64,000 bases of DNA from positions 2,432,001 through 2,496,000 of the forward strand of contig OZ218778.1 of NCBI GenBank assembly GCA_965112635.1, given 5' to 3'. The notes beneath the pieces are model-generated. The model made no database searches. It saw only the letters and a list, made by a program, of their open reading frames with translations, and had not been told where the DNA came from. The translations under genes and the position numbers were made by a program. Source of the stretch: an uncultured bacterium. Lineage in GTDB: Bacteria > Oederibacteriota > Oederibacteriia > Oederibacteriales > Oederibacteriaceae. This document shows positions 57,652-64,000 of the stretch, one piece after another (within the stretch, counting starts at the first letter, position 1; each line of letters starts with the position of its first letter).

Positions 57652-59103
57652 TCATTCCCTGCTTAACTTCTGCAATTCCTCATATATCACCACCATAGCC
57701 ATAACATCATCCTTGTTGTAATTCAGGATTTTGTTTTTCAAGGATACATCATGTGACTTGAGCCATTCTTCATACCACGCCTCACAGTTCAAGCCCCCCG
57801 CATCCTCGGCCTGCCAGCGGAAACCAAAAACCGGGGCAACTTCCTTGATGGAATAGCTCCTCACGGGAAAGGCGAAGCTCTGTTTGGCCCATTCTTTTTG
57901 GTCGGCAAGGCCGTCTTTCAGCCGGAGGTAGCCTAGTTCGTTGCCCCCGTACTGCTTCCAGCATTTCTCCACAAATTCATTTTCAAAAGTTGTCCAGGTA
58001 TAGACTACGCAGTCTTTGTATCCAGCCATAAAATCGAGGAAATCATGCCAGGCCTGCTTTTCATCCGCAGGGGTTTCGGCAAAGAAAAACTTAGAGGTTT
58101 TGGTGCCGTTCTGATCCAGGATGATCAGGCCATGCAAGATAACGCTGTCCCCCAGGGTTTCGATATCGTAAAAGATAACCGGCTTGCCGATCGGAAATTT
58201 AGGTTTCTGGATCATGAGCGGCTTGCCTGCAACCCTGGCCCTGGCATGGAGCCACAGTTTTTCAAGAGGTGAATCGCTAATTTTAGTTTTTCCTTTTAGA
58301 TCATCCCATTTCATCCCGGCAAGCTGTCGGACGGTCTTGATTCCTATGGCATACAACTTTTCGACAGTAGATTTGCCCCCGTTGGGGAGCCGGGAAAGAT
58401 GATCCATATCCTCCCTGGTCTGGTTGCAATGCTTGAGCCAGGAACAGTTTACACAAATCCTGCACCAGATGGGATCGGTCGATATCTTGGCGGCCAGGAT
58501 ATCCTGCAGCAAGTCCCGGGTTTGCTGAAAGTAGTCCAATTTTTCAGCCGGGTTGAAGTAATGGGTTTTGCCGGTATTTAGCCAGATGCCTGCCTGCTCA
58601 GGGAAGGTTCCGATAACTTTTGCCAGCAGGACGCTATAGGCTGTGGCTTGGAGCATATCGGTATTAGAGGGTTCTTTATGACTTTTGATTTCAATAGGCA
58701 CATAGGCATAATCACCTAGGTTGGAGTGGCCGGGGACCTTTTTGAGCACATCCGCGATACCTGCCAAAGACGGAGCCATCAGCACGGCTCCGTGGATATA
58801 GGAATATCCTTCTTTCATAAGTCCAAGTGTAGCTTTGAAACCAGCGGATAAGTTTTTCTCGTCCCATTCCGGCTCAACGATGTCTGGTATGGTAGAGACG
58901 AGCTGTTTCTCCCAGGCCCACCCCGCTTCTTTTCTGCGTTTCTCGCCAGCGGAATCAGGAATCTTCTGTTTTGGATTGCCAAACTTTTCCAGGTAGGCAA
59001 GATGCGGACATATACTGGCTTGCACAAGGCGTGAGGGTGAAAGTCGTTCTGAGGCTATTTCCTGATCTTTTGGCCTAATATCTTCATCCATTAATAGATC
59101 CAT
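57652..59103 (-). CDS. TM0106-family RecB-like nuclease (PD-(D/E)xK + HhH + RNase H-like domains)
   Basis: GIADVLK..YVPIEIKS; Cys set CPH..CRICVNCSWLKHC; HhH LPNGGKSTVEKLYAIGI; FYDIET..SYSIKEVA..YNKDDV. Confidence 0.88.
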   Translation of the reverse strand: MDLLMDEDIRPKDQEIASERLSPSRLVQASICPHLAYLEKFGNPKQKIPDSAGEKRRKEAGWAWEKQLVSTIPDIVEPEWDEKNLSAGFKATLGLMKEGYSYIHGAVLMAPSLAGIADVLKKVPGHSNLGDYAYVPIEIKSHKEPSNTDMLQATAYSVLLAKVIGTFPEQAGIWLNTGKTHYFNPAEKLDYFQQTRDLLQDILAAKISTDPIWCRICVNCSWLKHCNQTREDMDHLSRLPNGGKSTVEKLYAIGIKTVRQLAGMKWDDLKGKTKISDSPLEKLWLHARARVAGKPLMIQKPKFPIGKPVIFYDIETLGDSVILHGLIILDQNGTKTSKFFFAETPADEKQAWHDFLDFMAGYKDCVVYTWTTFENEFVEKCWKQYGGNELGYLRLKDGLADQKEWAKQSFAFPVRSYSIKEVAPVFGFRWQAEDAGGLNCEAWYEEWLKSHDVSLKNKILNYNKDDVMAMVVIYEELQKLSRE

Positions 59104-59136
59104 TCGTTGTATTAAATGCTAATAGTTCTAAAAATA

Positions 59137-61542
59137 TTATTGAGATATTTCCATAGCACTTTTAATTGCCCTTATTAATCCATCGATTTCGAGAGCCCAC
59201 TCATTTAAAGAAAATACTGGATAGGTTCTTTTAATGTCTGGAGGCATACGTAACCCGGTACTTTTCTCTAGCTCTTCTTTAAACCTGTCTCGGTAATGTT
59301 CCATTTCTTTGGTCAGACCTAGCCCGCCGAAGTTGATGCTCAGTTGTCCATTGGAGCGTAAAGTGTACAAAGAGCTAGGGGATATTTGTTTGAAAACAGG
59401 GCTGAAAGAACCTCTGGTTACACCTGTACCCCAATTGATATGGGACGCATTTTGATCGGAAAACTCATAAAGCATTTTAAATACATTCTGCTCGGTTGGA
59501 GAATATTGTTTTTTGATCTCCCCAAAGAACATATCCTCGTCCCATTTTTGTCTTAGTGAAGACTGGAATTTATTTTCAGAAGACACCAATGTTTTTCCCA
59601 ACCTATTGGCCGGCTGGATACCACAAGGTTTACAGGGGAAATCCGATAGCTCATTGATCCAGTCAAGGAACGCATTCGCAATCAATAGTTGTCTAGCGTT
59701 AATAAACGTTTCATAGGCATTTTCTGGATCTTTATTATTATTTTTATCTGGTTTAGTTAGGGCGTCATAAGTCGATAGAACCAATTTATATTTACCTTTA
59801 TTTTTATCTTTATCTTCTTCCAGCAAAAAATGCTTTATTAAATTTTCAGGATCCTCCTGATCAAGCTCTAATGCTTTTTCAGCAACGCCATCAAAACAAT
59901 TTAATAAACTGGAAATATAGGTAATGTTCCCTATATTGTTCACTTTGTCTGTACTCAATCTTGTTCTTTCGGTAATTTTAAAAATATTTTTGAGTTTAGA
60001 ATAAGGAATAATATGCTGCTTTTGAGGCTCTTCTTTTGTGCATAGATTAGCCTCGGGTTTTTGAAATTTATCAGGTTTATAAACATGATTTAATTTATAT
60101 GAAAAATCTTTGGCTCCTCTATGACGTAAAAGCCAATACAACAACAAGATCGATCTATCATTTAAGGACATGGGATTTTTTAGGTTATCAATAAATTTCT
60201 CCTCAAGGATCTTTGTGTCTTCTTTTAGTTTATCAAGCGCACTTTCCAGCGTATTGGCCTTATTAACCGAATCAATAAATTTCATTATTTTTTGGTTAGA
60301 CCTGTAAACCAGCGCCAACTGAAAATAGATGGCAGTAATATTCTTTTCTACGTCTTGATCGAACCAATCATCAGGTCCAGGAGGATCTGGATAAAATTTG
60401 ATCAGGATCTGGAAAATAGGAAGTAAAGAGTTGGTTTCTGGCAAGAAGCGAAGATCGTCACATTTCAGAATCCTCTCCAATAGGGTGCGGGTATGCACAA
60501 GTATATTTTCTGTTATCTCCCACATTTTATTGAAAAACAGTACTTTTGCTTCTGGATCTAGTTTTTCCACCGTCCTAAGAAAAGTATCGCTCTCTAAGAT
60601 GGCGAATGAAAAGCCACTTGAACCTAGAGACAGATCAAAGTGATAACTGCAGACCTGGACAAAAGTTCTTATAAATAGCTTAAAACCGAAATGTTGTTCT
60701 TTGATTCTTTGGAAAATGGAATCTCGATGCAATTCTTTTGTTATTTCTGGACCGTGAAATTTATTGAAAATCCTTTCGATCTGCTTGGGGGTATCAGGAA
60801 ACAAGGAAACTAGCGTTGCATAAGCGATCTCTTCCGCATCCACCCGTTTGCCACCGCTATTGATGCGGTTATAAAGCTCTATGACCTCCGCAAATGACTT
60901 ATTCTTTTCCAACATAACCACAAACACAGGGCGAGCTAACATCTGGTCTATACTAGCCCTGATCTCATCACGAAGCTTGTTGAACATCTCCCCAATATTT
61001 CTAGGGTCCAAGGGCTGTATCAGTTTTTTGATCCGATCTTCATTGCTGTCAATAAACCTTAGAAGCTTAAGCGGGATAAAATTATTATCAAAATATGTTT
61101 TTTTCTTAACTTCCTGTTGACCCGAAGGATCAAATAGGGGGTCGCGGATCTTGATGAACAATGAAAACTCTCTATTTGTTTCTGCATAATATTTATTAAG
61201 GGACGTTATTTTCCTGAGGTTCAAACACCATACCCTGGGGTCTTCTTCTTGTGCCTCTTCCTCACTAGCGTCATCATCATTGATAAATACACTATGCAGA
61301 CTACGAAGTCTTTGCTGGCCATCTATGATCAAATATTTGAACGGTTGATCGGATAAAGGAACTCCCTGGCTTAGGTTATCTGGTTTCCACAACACAATGC
61401 TTCCTATGGGGGTGTCATAATAAAGAGACTCTAAAAGCATTGAAACAGAATCGTCATTCCAAACGAGCCCTCTTTGAAAATGCGGAATGCCGAGTTCGTT
61501 ATACTTTTCAAGTAGTTTTTTAACCGTCACTTCTTTTTCCAA
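59137..61542 (-). CDS. GmrSD-like DUF262 protein with an HNH-like (DUF1524) region and an extra C-terminal domain
   Basis: IPHFQRGLVW, PIGSIVLW, IIDGQQRL and YNRINSGG; later QHIIP..NNIGNITYI; C-terminal WDEDMFF..WGTG..GSF; TTG start after GGGAG. Confidence 0.82.
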   Translation of the reverse strand: MEKEVTVKKLLEKYNELGIPHFQRGLVWNDDSVSMLLESLYYDTPIGSIVLWKPDNLSQGVPLSDQPFKYLIIDGQQRLRSLHSVFINDDDASEEEAQEEDPRVWCLNLRKITSLNKYYAETNREFSLFIKIRDPLFDPSGQQEVKKKTYFDNNFIPLKLLRFIDSNEDRIKKLIQPLDPRNIGEMFNKLRDEIRASIDQMLARPVFVVMLEKNKSFAEVIELYNRINSGGKRVDAEEIAYATLVSLFPDTPKQIERIFNKFHGPEITKELHRDSIFQRIKEQHFGFKLFIRTFVQVCSYHFDLSLGSSGFSFAILESDTFLRTVEKLDPEAKVLFFNKMWEITENILVHTRTLLERILKCDDLRFLPETNSLLPIFQILIKFYPDPPGPDDWFDQDVEKNITAIYFQLALVYRSNQKIMKFIDSVNKANTLESALDKLKEDTKILEEKFIDNLKNPMSLNDRSILLLYWLLRHRGAKDFSYKLNHVYKPDKFQKPEANLCTKEEPQKQHIIPYSKLKNIFKITERTRLSTDKVNNIGNITYISSLLNCFDGVAEKALELDQEDPENLIKHFLLEEDKDKNKGKYKLVLSTYDALTKPDKNNNKDPENAYETFINARQLLIANAFLDWINELSDFPCKPCGIQPANRLGKTLVSSENKFQSSLRQKWDEDMFFGEIKKQYSPTEQNVFKMLYEFSDQNASHINWGTGVTRGSFSPVFKQISPSSLYTLRSNGQLSINFGGLGLTKEMEHYRDRFKEELEKSTGLRMPPDIKRTYPVFSLNEWALEIDGLIRAIKSAMEISQ

Positions 61543-61579
61543 AACGTTCTCCCGCCTTTAAAATTCAATTTTGATGTAA

Positions 61580-61783
61580 TTACAATTGCCGCTTCAAATT
61601 ATCAACTTGCCGCTCTAATTGTTTTATCTGATCATCTTCGTTTTTTATCCGCGAGTCAAAATCGCGCATTTTGGATTCTTTGTCCCGGTTTATACCCTCA
61701 ATGGTTCTCTGACGATTTTGAATCTGTATCGAAAAATTCTGAATTTGGCGGGAAATTTCCTCAGTTTTATGTGGATCATTCAT
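61580..61783 (-). CDS. Small coiled-coil hypothetical protein
   Basis: 67 aa, heptad-rich; strong GAGGAGGTG RBS. Confidence 0.65.
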   Translation of the reverse strand: MNDPHKTEEISRQIQNFSIQIQNRQRTIEGINRDKESKMRDFDSRIKNEDDQIKQLERQVDNLKRQL

Positions 61784-61863
61784 GATCTAAATCACCTCCT
61801 CTCTCATTAATTTAGGTTCTAAAATCATCATCATACTAATCTATATTTCAACTGACTACCTAC

Positions 61864-62325
61864 TCAATCCTTAAACAAAATAGCTGGCCACATCGTATCC
61901 ATAACAGGCTTTTCCACCTTCCTGGACATATCTTCAAGCTCAGAAACACCCTTCATTATGCCTGCTCGCCCAAAAGAATCATCCGCAAAGGCCTTTGCAC
62001 CACACCGCCGACAGGATAACAACCATGGGAAACCTTCTTTTTTTATGCAATCTACATCTAAGTAATCTAAGAACTCTAAGAATATACCGACATTTTCCTG
62101 CGGTAATGGTTCTTTACCTGGCCATACCGAATTAGGTATTAACTTTTTCTGCTCCAGCAGTCTCCTAGCTATAAAGCGGTCTTCCTGGTCGCCTTCCTTT
62201 ATCCTGCGGGTCTCATCATATTCTCCCGCGATATAAAACTCTGTAAAATTACCGCAGGTTGGGCATCGTCCCTTCGCTTCAGCAAACAGATTTGTAATTT
62301 CTATATCTGTATTGTCCATATACAT
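61864..62325 (-). CDS. Hypothetical protein with two CxxC motifs (putative Zn-binding)
   Basis: CPTC and CRRC; AGGAGG RBS; 9 bp downstream of the AAA ATPase gene. Confidence 0.7.
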   Translation of the reverse strand: MYMDNTDIEITNLFAEAKGRCPTCGNFTEFYIAGEYDETRRIKEGDQEDRFIARRLLEQKKLIPNSVWPGKEPLPQENVGIFLEFLDYLDVDCIKKEGFPWLLSCRRCGAKAFADDSFGRAGIMKGVSELEDMSRKVEKPVMDTMWPAILFKD

Positions 62326-62334
62326 AGTAACCTC

Positions 62335-63591
62335 CTATGCTTCCACCCGGACTTTTCCCTGTGCTTCCGAGAATCCGATAGCTTTATGCTGAGCTTCCAC
62401 AAAATCCAGAGCATGCGCCGCGTGGCTCTCGCGGATGATAAGCTTGCCGTCAGAGACAGCAGGCTCCTGTCTGCCGGACGAGATCATACAGCGATAGGCT
62501 ACTTCTTTGACTTGAGCGCAGGAATAATCCTTGGTCTTACGCACAAAGTAATCTACGGACAACGGCGCTTCCAGAACCGCGTCTTTCAGCATCCGGATTA
62601 AGAGTTCTTTCCGCGCATCCTCGGTAGGGTTGTCAAAATGAATTTTGATGTCAAACCTTCCAGGACGCGCCGCCAGCGCCTTATCCAACAAAGTCACGTC
62701 GTTGGTTGTGGCCATAGTAACCACTCCGTCGTTCACCTCCAGCCCATCCATCTGATTGAGCAACTCTCCCAGCATCCCCCCCTCATCGTAACGACGGTCT
62801 CCTGAGAAAAGGTCTATATCCTCAAAAAGGATCAGGGCAGGCACCATATCACGGGCAAAATCGTAGATATCGCTTATGTTGTTACGTCCGTATCCCATAT
62901 TCTGACCCGCAGTCAGCCAGATAACATTGAGGCCGGACAAACTGGCAATGATCTTGGCCGCCAGGGTTTTGCCGTTGCCCGGCGCTCCGTAAAGAAGCAG
63001 TCCCCTTTTGTAGGGAATACCGTGTTTGACAAAAAAATCCCTCTGACCTTTAAAATTAACCACATTCTCCAGCAGCATGTTTTTCACCGGTTCCGGCAGG
63101 ATAATGTCATTCCAGGTGTATTCTTTTTCCAGTTCAAAAATGGTCCCGTCATCCTTGAAAATACATCCCTTGAAAGATTTGGCCTTTTTCTCCAACTCTC
63201 CTAGAAAAGTCTGGCCCCACTTAAGGTTCTTTTCGGCGAACATAACCACAAAGGAACTCCTAATGAACTCTTTATTGAACACAGGCTCCACCACAAACTT
63301 TTCACCAGCCGGTCCTTCCAAAAAATAGCAGCCCGTGCCTTTTTCCTCGGTTTTGTCGGACCGGACCACCTCACTAAAAGGCAGAATTTTTGGCTCGTTC
63401 GATGAACGGTACTTTTCTTTAAAAAGCATATTGAAAGCGCGGTAAACAGCCCCATTCATGAAGTGCGGGAATGTTTTTTTGATACAGTTGATGCGTTGGT
63501 CTTCCAGCCCCAAAAATTTATTGAGCGCCTCCCTCCTGTCTCGTTCCATTTTTCTTTCATGCAAAACCACTGTTGTTTTATCCATAACCAT
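62335..63591 (-). CDS. Single-domain AAA+ ATPase (FtsH/Cdc48-like clade, no protease domain)
   Basis: KRGLLLYGAPGNGKT, ILFEDID, LLNQMDG and TTNDVTLLDKALAARPGRFD motifs. Confidence 0.9.
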   Translation of the reverse strand: MVMDKTTVVLHERKMERDRREALNKFLGLEDQRINCIKKTFPHFMNGAVYRAFNMLFKEKYRSSNEPKILPFSEVVRSDKTEEKGTGCYFLEGPAGEKFVVEPVFNKEFIRSSFVVMFAEKNLKWGQTFLGELEKKAKSFKGCIFKDDGTIFELEKEYTWNDIILPEPVKNMLLENVVNFKGQRDFFVKHGIPYKRGLLLYGAPGNGKTLAAKIIASLSGLNVIWLTAGQNMGYGRNNISDIYDFARDMVPALILFEDIDLFSGDRRYDEGGMLGELLNQMDGLEVNDGVVTMATTNDVTLLDKALAARPGRFDIKIHFDNPTEDARKELLIRMLKDAVLEAPLSVDYFVRKTKDYSCAQVKEVAYRCMISSGRQEPAVSDGKLIIRESHAAHALDFVEAQHKAIGFSEAQGKVRVEA

Positions 63592-63686
63592 CCTCCCTAC
63601 TTTCTAATCCCAATCCCCGCCTAAAATCATATCCCAATTCTGCTCTCCCCCATCCCCCCTGTCAAACATTTCCGGATTTTATCTAT

Positions 63687-63781
63687 TTCGGCGTTACGGC
63701 GATCGCCGAATGGCCGAAGGGTTGAAGAACCTAAATGGTTCTTCAACGGGTCTCTACAAGAATCCTTATAAAAAGAGACCC
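63687..63781. other. Three consecutive hairpins in the ArsR-AAA intergenic region
   Basis: TTCGGCG / CGCCGAA; GTTGAAGAACC / GGTTCTTCAAC; GGGTCTCT / AGAGACCC. Confidence 0.6.
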
Positions 63782-63790
63782 AGGATTATA

Positions 63791-64000
63791 TTAATAATTT
63801 GAGGCGGGTTTACCTGATTGCTCCACATATTTCTTGAGTGTTTCAATGATAGCTCTGGCCTCTTTCCTGTATTTGACCCGGTACATGATTTGATTGCCTC
63901 TGGCCTCAAAACGGACCAGGTCCGCAAGCCTCATGTTTTTCAAATGTCCTGAAATAGTAGAAACCGTCCTATGGGTTTTCTTGGCTAACTCAGAGGGTGC
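63791..64000 (-). CDS. ArsR/SmtB-like winged-helix regulator (partial, start lies beyond the window)
   Basis: My translation: APSELAKKTHRTVSTISGHLKNMRLADLVRFEARGNQIMYRVKYRKEARAIIETLKKY..*; absent from the ORF track. Confidence 0.75.
   Translation of the reverse strand, partial: APSELAKKTHRTVSTISGHLKNMRLADLVRFEARGNQIMYRVKYRKEARAIIETLKKYVEQSGKPASNY

Overview
Bacterial chromosomal window, mostly GC-rich, from a diderm organism. It encodes TolC, outer-membrane beta-barrels and a PorV-like protein. The Thr/Pro linkers, FlgD/T9SS-type C-terminal domain and pilin-head paralogues resemble Elusimicrobia/FCPU426-like lineages, but that placement is inference only. 1-25 kb holds housekeeping and metabolic genes: a GldA/F/G-like ABC system, methyltransferases, a GH36, hicBA, pcrA, an NAD kinase, maf, dus, a cyclase-STAND-TPR protein, a HisJ-family phosphatase, gmhA and a ROK kinase. 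25-45 kb is a cell-surface locus. It has two membrane-anchored pseudopilin-head paralogues, a PilS/PilR-like two-component pair, and a sigma54 promoter in front of a PilV/PilW/PilX-like minor-pilin trio. Two of those pilins are giant (897 and 1080 aa) and carry large inserted passenger regions that share a domain. Next come an 1835-aa repeat protein with a T9SS-like C-terminal domain, a PorV-FN3 fusion and a FecR lipoprotein. 45-56 kb holds two divergent efflux operons around MarR and a MEMO1-AMMECR1 fusion with a signal peptide. From about 56.2 kb an AT-richer island begins. It starts with a non-coding array of paired direct repeats, followed by co-oriented genes for a stand-alone RarA/MgsA C-terminal domain, a TM0106 RecB-like nuclease, a GmrSD-like DUF262 protein, a Zn-finger protein, an AAA ATPase and an ArsR regulator, which together form a candidate defence island. 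No rRNA, tRNA or CRISPR array was recognised. All annotations come from motif recognition by eye; no database searches were run.
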